A stretch of 64,000 nucleotides of DNA, taken from positions 11,966,001 through 12,030,000 of the forward strand of contig NC_092680.1 of NCBI RefSeq assembly GCF_964355755.1. The letters are read 5' to 3'. The stretch comes from Antedon mediterranea. Its lineage: Eukaryota; Animalia; Echinodermata. The position numbers and the translations under genes are program-made. Below the pieces are notes generated by a model. It ran no database searches. It saw only the letters and a list, made by a program, of their open reading frames with translations, and was not told the DNA's origin. Shown in pieces: positions 38,171 to 53,100 of the stretch (positions are counted from its first letter, which is position 1; every line of letters begins with the position of its first letter).

Positions 38171-41100
38171 TATTCTGTACACTTTGATGTTTTGTGTGAA
38201 AAAGTTTTGTCGAAATGCTCAAAATGGTCTAAAACGTTTTTAAAACGATATTAAGCTATTTTGTGCTCTTTGATGTTTTTGTGTAACCAAGTTTTATCGA
38301 AAATCACAAAATGGTCTAAAACGTCTCAAAATGCGATTTGAAGCTTTTCTAAGCACTTTGGTGTTTTTATGTTAAGAAGTTTTTTCGAAAATCACGAAAT
38401 GGTCTAAAATGTCTCCAAATGCGATTTGAAGATATTCTGAGCTCTTTGGTGTTTTTATGTTAAAAAGTTTTTTCGAAAATCACAAAAATGGTCTAAAACG
38501 TCTCCAAATGCGATTTGAAGCTCTTCTGTACACTTTGATGTTTTGTGTGAAAAAGTTTTGTCGAAATGCTCAAAATGGTCTAAAACGTTTTTAAATACGA
38601 TATTAAGCTATTTTGTGCTCTTTGATGTTTTTGTGTAACCAAGTTTCATCGAAAATCACAAAATGGTCTAAAACGTCTTCAAATGCGATTTGAACCTATT
38701 CTGTACACTTTGATGTTTTGTGTGAAAAAGTTTTGTCAAAATGCTCAAAATGGTCTAAAACGTTTTTAAAACGATATTAAGCTATTTTGTGCTCTTTGAT
38801 GTTTTTGTGTAACCAAGTTTCATCGAAAATCACAAAATGGTCTAAAACGTCTCCAAATGCGATTTGAAGCTTTTCTAAGCACTTTGGTGTTTTTATGTTA
38901 ACAAGTTTTTTCGAAAATCACAAAATGGTCTAAAACGTCTCCAAATGCGATTTGAAGCTCTTCTGTACACTTTGATGTTTTGTGTGAAAAAGTTTTGTCG
39001 AAATTCTCAAAATGGTCTAAAACGTTTTTAAATACGATATTAAGCTGTTTCGGGCACTTTGATGATTTGTGTGAAAAGTTTTAACGAAATGCTCAAAATG
39101 GTCAAAAACGGTTTCTAATGTGATTTTAAGCACTTTGATGTTTTTGTGTAACCAAGTTTTTTCGAAAATCACAAAATGGTCTAAAACGTCTCCAAATACG
39201 ATTTGAAGCTTTTCTAAGCACTTTGGTGTTTTTATGTTAACAAGTTTTTTCGAAAATCACCAAAATGGTCTAAAACGTCTCCAAATGCGATTTGAAGATA
39301 TTCTGAGCACTTTGGTGTTTTTATGTTAAAAAGTTTTTTCGAAAATCACAAAATGGTCTAAAATGTCTCCAAATGCGATTTGAAGATATTCTAAGTACTT
39401 TTGTGGTTTTATGTTAACAAGTTTTTTCGAAAATCACAAAATGGTCTAAAACGTCTTCAAATGCGATTTGAAGCTATTTTGTACACTTTGATGTTTTGTG
39501 TGAAAAAGTTTTGTCGAAATGCTCAAAATGGTCTAAAACGTTTTTAAATACGATATTAAGCTATTTTGTGATCTTTGATGTTTTTGTTTGAAAAGTTTTA
39601 TCAAAATGCTCAAAATGGTCTGAAACGGTTTCTAATGCGATTTGAAGCTATTCTGTACACTTTGAAGTTTTGTGTGAAAAAGTTTTCTCGAAATGCTCAA
39701 AATGGTCTAAAACGTTTTTATATACCATATTAAGCTATTCTGTACACTTTGATGTTTTGTGTGAAAAAGTTTTGTCAAAATGCTCAAAATGGTCTAAAAC
39801 GTTTTTAAAACGATATTAAGCTATTTTGTGCTCTTTGATGATTTTGTGTAACCAAGTTTCATCGAAATGTACAAAATGGTCTAAAACGTCTCCAAATGCG
39901 ATTTGAAGCTATTCTAAGTACTTTTGTGTTTTTATGTTAACAAGTTTTTTCGAAAATCACAAAATGGTCTAAAACGTCTTCAAATGCGATTTGAAGCTAT
40001 TCTGTACACTTTGATGTTTTGTGTGAAAAGGTTTTGTCGAAATGCTCAAATTGGTCTAAAACGTTTTTAAATACGATATTAAGCTATTTTGTGATCTTTG
40101 ATGTTTTTGTGTGAAAAGTTTTATCGAAATGCTCAAAATGGTCTAAAACGTTTTTATATACCATATTAAGCTATTTTGTGCACTTTGATGTTTTTTGTGA
40201 AAAGTTTTATCGAAATGCTCAAAATGGTCTAAAACGGTTTCTATTGTGATTTTAAGCACTTTGATGATTTTGTGTAACCAAGTTTCATCGAAATGTACAA
40301 AATGGTCTAAAACGTCTCCAAATGCGATTTGAAGCTATTCTAAGTACTTTTGTGTTTTTATGTTAACAAGTTTTTTCGAAAATCACAAAATGGTCTAAAA
40401 CGTCTTCAAATGCGATTTGAAGCTATTCTGTACACTTTGATGTTTTGTGTGAAAAAGTTTTGTCGAAATGCTCAAAATGGTCTAAAATGTTTTTAAATAC
40501 GATATTAAGCTATTTTGTGATCTTTGATGTTTTTGTGTGAAAAGTTTTATCGAAATGCTCAAAATGGTCTAAAACGGTTTCTAATGCGATTTGAAGCTAT
40601 TCTGTACACTTTGAAGTTTTTTGTGAAAAAGTTTTCTCGAAATGCTCAAAATGGTCTAAAACGTTTTTATATACCATATTAAGCTATTTTGTGCACTTTG
40701 ATGTTTTTTGTGAAAAGTTTTATCGAAATTCTCAAAATGGTCTAAAACGGTTTCTATTGTGATTTTAAGCACTTTGATGATTTTGTGTAACCAAGTTTCA
40801 TCGAAATGTACAAAATGGTCTAAAACGTCTCCAAATGCGATTTGAAGCTCTTCTGTACACTTTGATGTTTTGTGTGAAAAAGTTTTGTCGAAATTCTCAA
40901 AATGGTCTAAAACGTTTTTAAATACGATATTAAGCTGTTTTGTGCACTTTGATGATTTGTGTGAAAAGTTTTAACGAAATGCTCAAAATGGTCAAAAACG
41001 GTTTCTAATGTGATTTTAAGCACTTTGATGTTTTTGTGTAACCAAGTTTTTTCAAAAATCACAAAATTGTCGAAAACGTCTCCAAATGCGATTTGAAGCT

Positions 41101-44100
41101 TTTCTAAGCACTTTGGTGTTTTTATGTTAACAAGTTTTTTCGAAAATCACAAAATGGTCTAAAACGTTTCCAAATGCGATTTGAAGATATTCTGAGCACT
41201 TTGGTGTTTTTATGTTAAAAAGTTTTTTCGAAAATCACAAAATAGTCTAAAACGTCTCAAAATGCGATTTGAAGCTATTCTGTACACTTTGATGTTTTGT
41301 GTGAAAAAGTTTTGTCGAAATGCTCAAAATGGTCTAAAACGTTTTTAAAACGATATTAAGCTATTTTGTGCTCTTTGATGTTTTTGTGTAACCAAGTTTC
41401 ATCGAAAATCAAAAAATGGTCTAAAACGTCTCCAAATGCGATTTGAAGCTTTTCTAAGCACTTTGGTGTTTTTATGTTAACAAGTTTTTTCGAAAATCAC
41501 GAAATGGTCTAAAATGTCTCCAAATGCGATTTGAAGATATTCTAAGTACTTTTGTGGTTTTATGTTAACAAGTTTTTTCGAAAATCACAAAATGGTCTAA
41601 AACGTCTTCAAATGCGATTTGAAGCTATTCTGTACACTTTGATGTTTTGTGTGAAAAAGTTTTGTCGAAATGCTCAAAATGGTCTAAAACGTTTTTAAAT
41701 ACGATATTAAGCTATTTTGTGATCTTTGATGTTTTTGTGTGAAAAGTTTTATCGAAATGCTCAAAATGGTCTAAAACGGTTTCTATTGTGATTTTAAGCA
41801 CTTTGATGATTTTGTGTAACCAAGTTTCATCGAAATGTACAAAATGGTCTAAAACGTCTCCAAATGCGATTTGAAGCTATTCTAAGTACTTTCGTGTTTT
41901 TATGTTAACAAGTTTTTTCGAAAATCACAAAATGGTCTAAAACGTCTTCAAATGCGATTTGAAGCTATTCTGTACACTTTGATGTTTTGTGTGAAAAAGT
42001 TTTGTCAAAATGCTCAAAATGGTCTAAAACGTTTTTAAAACGATATTAAGCTATTTTGTGCTCTTTGATGTTTTTGTGTAACGAAGTTTCATCGAAAATC
42101 ACAAAATGGTCTAAAACGTCTCCAAATGCGATTTGAAGCTTTTCTAAGCTCTTTGGTGTTTTTATGTTAACAAGTTTTTTCGAAAATCACAAAATGGTCT
42201 AAAACGTCTCCAAATGCGATTTGAAGCTCTTCTGTACACTTTGATGTTTTGTGTGAAAAAGTTTCGTCGAAATTCTCAAAATGGTCTAAAACGTTTTTAA
42301 ATACGATATTAAGCTGTTTTGTGCACTTTGATGATTTGTGTGAAAATTTTAACGAAATGCTCAAAATGGTCAAAAACGGTTTCTAATGTGATTTTAAGCA
42401 CTTTGATGTTTTTGTGTAACCAAGTTTTTTCGAAAATCACAAAATGGTCTAAAACGTCTCCAAATGCGATTTGAAGCTTTTCTAAGCACTTTGGTGTTTT
42501 TATGTTAACAAGTTTTTTCGAAAATCAAAAAATGGTCTAAAACGTCTCCAAATGCGATTTGAAGCTCTTCTGTACACTTTGATGTTTTGTGTGAAAAAGT
42601 TTTTTCGAAATTCTCAAAATGGTCTAAAACGTTTTTAAATACGATATTAAGCTGTTTTGGGCACTTTGATGATTTGTGTGAAAAGTTTTAACGAAATGCT
42701 CAAAATGGTCAAAAACGGTTTCTAATGTGATTTTAAGCACTTTGATGTTTTTGTGTAACCAAGTTTTTTCGAAAATCACAAAATGGTCTAAAACGTCTCC
42801 AAATGCGATTTGAAGCTCTTCTGTACACTTTGATGTTTTGTGTGAAAAAGTTTTGTCGAAATGCTCAAAATGGTCTAAAACGTTTTTAAATACGATATTA
42901 AGCTGTTTTGTGCAGTTTGATGATTTGCGTGAAAAGTTTTAACGAAATGCTCAAAATGGTCTAAAACGGTTTCTAATGCGATTTGAAGCTATTCTGTACA
43001 CTTTGAAGTTTTTTGTGAAAAAGTTTTCTCGAAATGCTCAAAATGGTCTAAAACGTTTTTATATACCATATTAAGCTATTTTGTGCACTTTGATGTTTCT
43101 TGTGAAAAGTTTTATCGAAATGCTCAAAATAGTCTGAAACGGTTTCTATTGTGATTTTAAGCACTTTGATGATTTTGTGTAACCAAGTTTCATCGAAATG
43201 TACAAAATGGTCTAAAACGTCTCCAAATGCGATTTGAAGCTATTCTAAGTACTTTTGTGTTTTTATGTTAAAAGTTTTTTCGAAAATCACGAAATGGTCT
43301 AAAATGTCTCCAAATGCGATTTGAAGATATTCTGAGCACTTTGGTGTTTTTATGTTAAAAAGTTTTGTCGAAATGCTCAAAATGGTCTAAAACGTTTTTA
43401 AATACGATATTAAGCTATTTTGTGATCTTTGATGTTTTTGTGTGAAAAGTTTTATCGAAATGCTCAAAATGGTCTGAAACGGTTTCTAATGCGATTTGAA
43501 GCTATTCTGTACACTTTGAAGTTTTTTGTGAAAAAGTTTTCTCGAAATGCTCAAAATGGTCTAAAACGTTTTTATATACCATATTAAGCTATTTTGTGCA
43601 CTTTGATGTTTTTTGTGAAAAGTTTTATCGAAATGCTCAAATTGGTCTAAAACGGTTTCTATTGTGATTTTAAGCACTTTGATGATTTTGTGTAACCAAG
43701 TTTCATCGAAATGTACAAAATGGTCTAAAACGTCTCCAAATGCGATTTGAAGCTATTCTAAGTACTTTTGTGGTTTTATGTTAACAAGTTTTTTCGAAAA
43801 TCACAAAATGGTCTAAAACGTCTTCAAATGCGATTTGAAGCTATTCTGTACACTTTGATGTTTTGTGTGAAAAAGTTTTGTCGAAATGCTCAAAATGGTC
43901 TAAAACGTTTTTAAATACGATATTAAGCTATTTTGTGATCTTTGATGTTTTTGTGTGAAAAGTTTTATCGAAATGCTCAAAATGGTCTAAAACGGTTTCT
44001 ATTGTGATTTTAAGCACTTTGATGATTTTGTGTAATCAAGTTTCATCGAAATGTACAAAATGGTCTAAAACGTCTCCAAATGCGATTTGAAGCTATTCTA

Positions 44101-47100
44101 AGTACTTTTGTGTTTTTATGTTAACAAGTTTTTTCGAAAATCACAAAATGGTCTAAAACGTCTTCAAATGCGATTTGAAGCTATTCTGTACACTTTGATG
44201 TTTTGTGTGAAAAAGTTTTGTCAAAATGCTCAAAATGGTCTAAAACGTTTTTAAAACGATATTAAGCTATTTTGTGCTCTTTGATGTTTTTGTGTAACCA
44301 AGTTTCATCGAAAATCACAACATGGTCTAAAACGTCTCCAAATGCGATTTGAAGCTTTTCTAAGCACTTTGGTGTTTTTATGTTAACAAGTTTTTTCGAA
44401 AATCACAAAATGGTCTAAAACGTCTCCAAATGCGATTTGAAGCTCTTCTGTACACTTTGATGTTTTGTGTGAAAAAGTTTTGTCGAAATTCTCAAAATGG
44501 TCTAAAACGTTTTTAAATACGATATTAAGCTGTTTCGGGCACTTTGATGATTTGTGTGAAAAGTTTTAACGAAATGCTCAAAATGGTCAAAAACGGTTTC
44601 TAATGTGATTTTAAGCACTTTGATGTTTTTGTGTAACCAAGTTTTTTCGAAAATCACAAAATGGTCTAAAACGTCTCCAAATACGATTTGAAGCTTTTCT
44701 AAGCACTTTGGTGTTTTTATGTTAACAAGTTTTTTCGAAAATCACAAAATGGTCTAAAACGTCTCCAAATGCGATTTGAAGATATTCTGAGCACTTTGGT
44801 GTTTTTATGTTAAAAAGTTTTGTCGAAATGCTCAAAATGGTCTAAAACGTTTTTAAATACGATATTAAGCTATTTTGTGATCTTTGATGTTTTTGTGTGA
44901 AAAGTTTTATCGAAATGCTCAAAATGGTCTGAAACGGTTTCTAATGCGATTTGAAGCTATTCTGTACACTTTGAAGTTTTTTGTGAAAAAGTTTTATCGA
45001 AATGCTCAAAATGGTCTAAAACGGTTTCTATTGTGATTTTAAGCACTTTGATGATTTTGTGTAACCAAGTTTCATCGAAATGTACAAAATTGTCTAAAAC
45101 GTCTCCAAATGCGATTTGAAGCTATTCTAAGTACTTTTGTGTTTTTATGTTAACAAGTTTTTTCGAAAATCACAAAATGGTCTAAAACGTCTTCAAATGC
45201 GATTTGAAGCTATTCTGTACACTTTGATGTTTTGTGTGAAAAAGTTTTGTCAAAATGCTCAAAATGGTCTAAAACGTTTTTAAAACGATATTAAGTTATT
45301 TTGTGCTCTTTGATGTTTTTGTGTAACCAAGTTTCATCGAAAATCACAAAATGGTCTAAAACGTCTCCAAATGCGATTTGAAGCTTTTCTAAGCACTTTG
45401 GTGTTTTTATGTTAACAAGTTTTTTCGAAAATCACAAAATGGTCTAAAACGTCTCCAAATGCGATTTGAAGCTCTTCTGTACACTTTGATGTTTTGTGTG
45501 AAAAAGTTTTGTCGAAATTCTCAAAATGGTCTAAAACGTTTTTAAATACGATATTAAGCTGTTTTGTGCACTTTGATGATTTGTGTGAAAAGTTTTAACG
45601 AAATGCTCAAAATGGTCAAAAACGGTTTCTAATGTGATTTTAAGCACTTTGATGTTTTTGTGTAACCAAGTTTTTTCGAAAATCACAAAATGGTCTAAAA
45701 CGTCTCCAAATGCGATTTGAAGCTTTTCTAAGCACTTTGGTGTTTTTATGTTAACAAGTTTTTTCGAAAATCACGAAATGGTCTAAAATGTCTCCAAATG
45801 CGATTTGAAGATATTCTGAGCACTTTGGTGTTTTTATGTTAAAACGTTTTTTCGAAAATCACAAAATGGTCTAAAACGTCTCCAAATGCGATTTGAAGCT
45901 CTTCTGTACACTTTGATGTTTTGTGTGAAAAAGTTTTGTCGAAATGCTCAAAATGGTCTAAAACTTTTTTAAATACGATATTAAGCTGTTTTGTGCAGTT
46001 TGATGATTTGTGTGAAAAGTTTTAACGAAATGCTCAAAATGGTCTAAAACGGTTTCTAATGCGATTTGAAGCTATTCTGTACACTTTGAAGTTTTTTGTG
46101 AAAAAGTTTTCTCGAAATGCTCAAAATGGTCTAAAACGTTTTTATATACCATATTAAGCTATTTTGTGAACTTTGATGTTTTTTGTGAAAAGTTTTATCG
46201 AAATGCTCAAAATGGTCTAAAACGGTTTCTATTGTGATTTTAAGCACTTTGATGATTTTGTGTAACCAAGTTTCATCGAAATGTACAAAATGGTCTAAAA
46301 CGTCTCCAAATGCGATTTGAAGCTATTCTAAGTACTTTTGTGTTTTTATGTTAACAAGTTTTTTCGAAAATCACGAAATGGTCTAAAATGTCTCCAAATG
46401 CGATTTGAAGATATTCTGAGCACTTTGGTGTTTTTATGTTAAAAAGTTTTGTCGAAATGCTCAAAATGGTCTAAAACGTTTTTAAATACGATATTAAGCT
46501 ATTTTGTGATCTTTGATGTTTTTGTGTGAAAAGTTTTATCGAAATGCTCAAAATGGTCTGAAACGGTTTCTAATGCGATTTGAAGCTATTCTGTTCACTT
46601 TGAAGTTTTTTGTGAAAAAGTTTTCTCGAAATGCTCAAAATGGTCTAAAACGTTTTTATATACCATATTAAGCTATTTTGTGCACTTTGATGTTTTTTGT
46701 GAAAAGTTTTATCGAAATGCTCAAAATGGTCTAAAACGGTTTCTATTGTGATTTTAAGCACTTTGATGATTTTGTGTAACCAAGTTTCATCGAAATGTAC
46801 AAAATGGTCTAAAACGTCTCCAAATGCGAATTGAAGCTATTCTAAGTACTTTTGTGGTTTTATGTTAACAAGTTTTTTCGAAAATCACAAAATGGTCTAA
46901 AACGTCTTCAAATGCGATTTGAAGCTATTCTGTACACTTTGATGTTTTGTGTGAAAAAGTTTTGTCGAAATGCTCAAAATGGTCTAAAACGTTTTTAAAT
47001 ACGATATTAAGCTATTTTGTGATCTTTGATGTTTTTGTGTGAAAAGTTTTATCGAAATGCTCAAAATGGTCTAAAACGGTTTCTATTGTGATTTTAAGCA

Positions 47101-50100
47101 CTTTGATGATTTTGTGTAACCAAGTTTCATCGAAATGTACAAAATGGTCTAAAACGTCTCCAAATGCGATTTGAAGCTATTCTAAGTACTTTTGTGTTTT
47201 TATGTTAACAAGTTTTTTCGAAAATCACAAAATGGTCTAAAACGTCTTCAAATGCGATTTGAAGCTATTCTGTACACTTTGATGTTTTGTGTGAAAAAGT
47301 TTTGTCAAAATGCTCAAAATGGTCTAAAACGTTTTTAAAACGATATTAAGCTATTTTGTGCTCTTTGATGTTTTTGTGTAACCAAGTTTCATCGAAAATC
47401 ACAAAATGGTCTAAAACATCTCCAAATGCGATTTGAAGCTTTTCTAAGCACTTTGGTGTTTTTATGTTAACAAGTTTTTTCGAAAATCACAAAATGGTCT
47501 AAAACGTCTCCAAATGCGATTTGAAGCTCTTCTGTACACTTTGATGTTTTGTGTGAAAAAGTTTTGTCGAAATTCTCAAAATGGTCTAAAACGTTTTTAA
47601 ATACGATATTAAGCTGTTTTGTGCACTTTGATGATTTGTGTGAAAAGTTTTAACGAAATGCTCAAAATGGTCAAAAACGGTTTCTAATGTGATTTTAAGC
47701 ACTTTGATGTTTTTGTGTAACCAAGTTTTTTCGAAAATCACAAAATGGTCTAAAACGTCTCCAAATGCGATTTGAAGCTTTTCTAAGCACTTTGGTGTTT
47801 TTATGTTAACAAGTTTTTTCGAAAATCACAAAATGGTCTAAAACGTCTCCAAATGCGATTTGAAGATATTCTGAGCCCTTTGGTGTTTTTATGTTAAAAA
47901 GTTTTTTCGAAAATCACAAAATAGTCTAAAACGTCTCCAAATGCGATTTGAAGCTATTCTGTACACTTTGATGTTTTGTGTGAAAAAGTTTTGTCGAAAT
48001 GCTCAAAATGGTCTAAAACGTTTTTAAAACGATATTAAGCTATTTTGTGCTCTTTGATTTTTTTGTGTAACCAAGTTTCATCGAAAATCACAAAATGGTC
48101 TAAAACGTCTCCAAATGCGATTTGAAGCTTTTATAAGCACTTTGGTGTTTTTATGTTAACAAGTTTTTTCGAAAATCACGAAATGGTCTAAAAGGTCTCC
48201 AAATGCGATTTGAAGATATTCTGAGCACTTTGATGTTTTTGTGTGAAAAGTTTTATCGAATTGCTCAAAATGGTCTAAAACGGTTTCTAATGCGATTTGA
48301 AGCTATTCTGTACACTTTGAAGTTTTTTGTGAAAAAGTTTTCTCGAAATGCTCAAAATGGTCTAAAACGTTTTTATATACCATATTAAGCTATTTTGTGC
48401 ACTTTTATGTTTTGTGTGAAAAAGATTTGTCGAAATGCTCAAAATGGTCTAAAACGTTTTTAAATACGATATTAAGCTATTTTGTGCTCTTTGATGTTTT
48501 TGTGTAACCAAGTTTCATCGAAAATCACAAAATGGTCTAAAACGCCTTCAAATGCGATTTGAAGCTATTCTGTACACTTTGATGTTTTGTGTGAAAAAGT
48601 TTTGTCGAAATGCTCAAAATGGTCTAAAACGTTTTTAAAACGATATTAAGCTATTTCGTGGTCTTTGATGTTTTTGTGTAACCAAGTTTCATCGAAAATC
48701 ACAAAATGGTCTAAAACGTCTCCAAATGCGATTTGAAGCTTTTCTAAGCACTTTGGTGTTTTTATGTTAACAAGTTTTTTCGAAAATCACAAAATGGTCT
48801 AAAACGTCTCCAAATGCGATTTGAAGATATTCTGAGCACTTTGGTGTTTTTATGTTAAAAAGTTTTTTCGAAAATCACAAAATAGTCTAAAACGTCTCCA
48901 AATGCGATTTGAAGCTATTCTGTACACTTTGATGTTTTGTGTGAAAAAGTTTTGTCGAAATGCTCAAAATGGTCTAAAACGTTTTTAAAACGATATTAAG
49001 CTATTTTGTGCTCTTTGATGTTTTTGTGTAACCAAGTTTCATCGAAAATCACAAAATGGTCTAAAACGTCTCCAAATGCGATTTGAAGCTTTTCTAAGCA
49101 CTTTGGTGTTTTTATGTTAACAAGTTTTTTCGAAAATCACGAAATGGTCTAAAATGTCTCCAAATGCGATTTGAAGATATTCTGAGCACTTTGGTGTTTT
49201 TATGTTAAAACGTTTTTTCGAAAATCACAAAATGGTCTAAAACGTCTCCAAATGCGATTTGAAGCTCTTCTGTACACTTTGATGTTTTGTGTGAAAAAGT
49301 TTTGTCGAAATGCTCAAAATGGTCTAAAACGTTTTTAAATACGATATTAAGCTGTTTTGTGCAGTTTGATGATTTGTCTGAAAAGTTTTAACGAAATGCT
49401 CAAAATGGTCTAAAACGGTTTCTAATGCGATTTGAAGCTATTCTGTACACTTTGAAGTTTTTTGTGAAAAAGTTTTCTCGAAATGCTCAAAATGGTCTAA
49501 AACGTTTTTATATACCATATTAAGCTATTTTGTGCACTTTGATGTTTTTTGTGAAAAGTTTTATCGAAATACTCAAAATGGTCTGAAACGGTTTCTATTG
49601 TGATTTTAAGCACTTTGATGATTTTGTGTAACCAAGTTTCATCGAAATGTACAAAATGGTCTAAAACGTCTCCAAATGCGATTTGAAGCTATTCTAAGTA
49701 CTTTTGTGTTTTTATGTTAACAAGTTTTTTCGAAAATCACGAAATGGTCTAAAATGTCTCCAAATGCGATTTGAAGATATTCTGAGCACTTTGGTGTTTT
49801 TATGTTAAAAAGTTTTGTCGAAATGTTCAAAATGGTCTAAAACGTTTTTAAATACGATATTAAGCTATTTTGTGATCTTTGATGTTTTTGTGTGAAAAGT
49901 TTTATCGAAATGCTCAAAATGGTCTGAAACGGTTTCTAATGCGATTTGAAGCTATTCTGTACACTTTGAAGTTTTTTGTGAAAAAGTTTTCTCGAAATGC
50001 TCAAAATGGTCTAAAACGTTTTTATATACCATATTAAGCTATTTTGTGCACTTTGATGTTTTTTGTGAAAAGTTTTATCGAAATGCTCAAAATGGTCTAA

Positions 50101-53100
50101 AACGGTTTCTATTGTGATTTTAAGCACTTTGATGATTTTGTGTAACCAAGTTTCATCGAAATGTACAAAATGGTCTAAAACGTCTCCAAATGCGATTTGA
50201 AGCTATTCTAAGTACTTTTGTGTTTTTATGTTAACAAGTTTTTTCGAAAATCACAAAATGGTCTAAAACGTCTTCAAATGCGATTTGAAGCTATTCTGTA
50301 CACTTTGATGTTTTGTGTGAAAAAGTTTTGTCGAGATGCTCAAAATGGTCTAAAACGTTTTTAAATACGATATTAAGCTATTTTGTGATCTTTGATGTTT
50401 TTGTGTGAAAAGTTTTATCGAAATGCTCAAAATGGTCTAAAACGGTTTCTATTGTGATTTTAAGCACTTTGATGATTTTGTGTAACCAAGTTTCATCGAA
50501 ATGTACAAAATGGTCTAAAACGTCTCCAAATGCGATTTGAAGCTATTCTAAGTACTTTTGTGTTTTTATGTTAACAAGTTTTTTTGAAAATCACAAAATG
50601 GTCTAAAACGTCTTCAAATGCGATTTGAAGCTATTCTGTACACTTTGATGTTTTGTGTGAAAAAGTTTTGTCGAAATGCTCAAAATGGTCTAAAACGTTT
50701 TTAAATACGATATTAAGCTATTTTGTGCTCTTTGATGTTTTTGTGTAACCAAGTTTCATCGAAAATCACAAAATGGTCTAAAACGTCTTCAAATGCGATT
50801 TGAAGCTATTCTGTACACTTTGATGTTTTGTGTGAAAAAGTTTTGTCAAAATGCTCAAAATGGTCTAAAACGTTTTTAAAACGATATTAAGCTATTTTGT
50901 GCTCTTTGATGTTTTTGTGTAACCAAGTTTCATCGAAAATCACAAAATGGTCTAAAACGTCTCCAAATGCGATTTGAAGCTTTTCTAAGCACTTTGGTGT
51001 TTTTATGTTAACAAGTTTTTTCGAAAATCACGAAATGGTCTAAAATGTCTCCAAATGCGATTTGAAGATATTCTGAGCACTTTGATGTTTTTGTGTGAAA
51101 AGTTTTATCGAAATGCTCAAAATGGTCTAAAACGGTTTCTAATGCGATTTGAAGCTATTCTGTACACTTTGAAGTTTTTTGTGAAAAAATTTTCTCGAAA
51201 TGCTCAAAATGGTCTAAAACGTTTTTAAATACAATATTAAGCTATTTTGTGATCTTTGATGTTTTTGTGTGAAAAGTTTTATCAAAATGCTCAAAATGGT
51301 CTGAAACGGTTTCTAATGCGATTTGAAGCTATTCTGTACACTTTGAAGTTTTGTGTGAAAAAGTTTTCTCGAAATGCTCAAAATGGTCTAAAACGTTTTT
51401 ATATACCATATTAAGCTATTCTGTACACTTTGATGTTTTGTGTGAAAAAGTTTTGTCAAAATGCTCAAAATGGTCTAAAACGTTTTTAAAATGATATTAA
51501 GCTATTTTGTGCTCTTTGATGATTTTGTGTAACCAAGTTTCATCGAAATGTACAAAATGGTCTAAAACGTCTCCAAATGCGATTTGAAGCTTTTCTAAGC
51601 ACTTTGGTGTTTTTATGTTAACAAGTTTTTTCGAAAATCACGAAATGGTCTAAAATGTCTCCAAATGCGATTTGAAGATATTCTGAGCACTTTGATGTTT
51701 TTGTGTGAAAAGTTTTATCGAAATGCTCAAAATGGTCTAAAGCGGTTTCTAATGCGATTTGAAGCTATTCTGTACACTTTGAAGTTTTTTGTGAAAAAGT
51801 TTTCTCGAAATGCTCAAAATGGTCTAAAACGTTTTTATATACCATATTAAGCTATTTTGTGCACTTTTATGTTTTGTGTGAAAAAGTTTTGTCGAAATTC
51901 TCAAAATGGTCTAAAACGTTTTTAAATACGATATTAAGCTGTTTTGTGCACTTTGATGATTTGTGTGAAAAGTTTTAACGAAATGCTCAAAATGGTCAAA
52001 AACGGTTTCTAATGTTATTTTAAGCACTTTGATGTTTTTGTGTAACCAAGTTTTTTTCAAAAATCACAAAATGGTCTAAAACGTCTCCAAATGCGATTTG
52101 AAGCTTTTCTAAGCACTTTTGTGTTTTTATGTTAACAAGTTTTTTCGAAAATCACAAAATGGTCTAAAACGTCTCCAAATGCGATTTGAAGCTATTCTGT
52201 ACACTTTGATGTTTTGTGTGAAAAAGTTTTGTCGAAATGCTCAAAATGGTCTAAAACGTTTTTAAAACGATATTAAGCTATTTTGTGCTCTTTGATGTTT
52301 TTGTGTAACCAAGTTTCATCGAAAATCACAAAATGGTCTAAAACGTCTCCAAATGCGATTTGAAGCTTTTCTAAGCACTTTGGTGTTTTTATGTTAACAA
52401 GTTTTTTCGAAAATCACGAAATGGTCTAAAATGTCTCCAAATGCGATTTGAAGATATTCTGAGCACTTTGGTGTTTTTATGTTAAAAAGTTTTTTCGAAA
52501 ATCACAAAATGGTCTAAAACGTCTCCAAATGCGATTTGAAGCTATTCTGTACACTTTGATGTTTTGTGTGAAAAAGTTTTGTCGAAATGCTCAAAATGGT
52601 CTAAAACGTTTTTAAAACGATATTAAGCTATTTTGTGCTCTTTGATGTTTTTGTGTAACCAAGTTTCATCGAAATACACAAAATGGTCTAATACGTCTCC
52701 AAATGCGATTTGAAGCTTTTCCAAGCACTTTGCTGTTTTTATGTTAACAAGTTTTTTCGAAAATCACAAAATGGTCTAAAACGTCTTCAAATGCGATTTG
52801 AAGCTATTCTGTACACTTTGATGTTTTGTGTGAAAAAGTTTTGTCGAAATGCTCAAAATGGTCTAAAACGTTTTTAAAACGATATTAAGCTATTTTGTGC
52901 TCTTTGATGTTTTTGTGTAACCAAGTTTCATCAAAAATCACAAAATGGTCTAAAACGTCTCCAAATGCGATTTGAAGCTTTTCTAAGCACTTTGGTGTTT
53001 TTATGTTAACAAGTTTTTTCGAAAATCACAAAATGGTCTAAAACGTCTCCAAATGCGATTTGAAGCTCTTCTGTACACTTTGATGTTTTGTGTGAAAAAG

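Noticed and set aside
19925-42373. ORFs at 19925 (+), 28573 (-) and 42167 (-)
   Set aside because: These are chance read-throughs created by single SNPs or indels in satellite monomers. They are short and low in complexity, and the first two do not begin with ATG.
31021-52070. Single-base homopolymer length variants (e.g. near 31041, 35628, 38487, 39261, 52057)
   Set aside because: These cannot be distinguished from long-read consensus errors.
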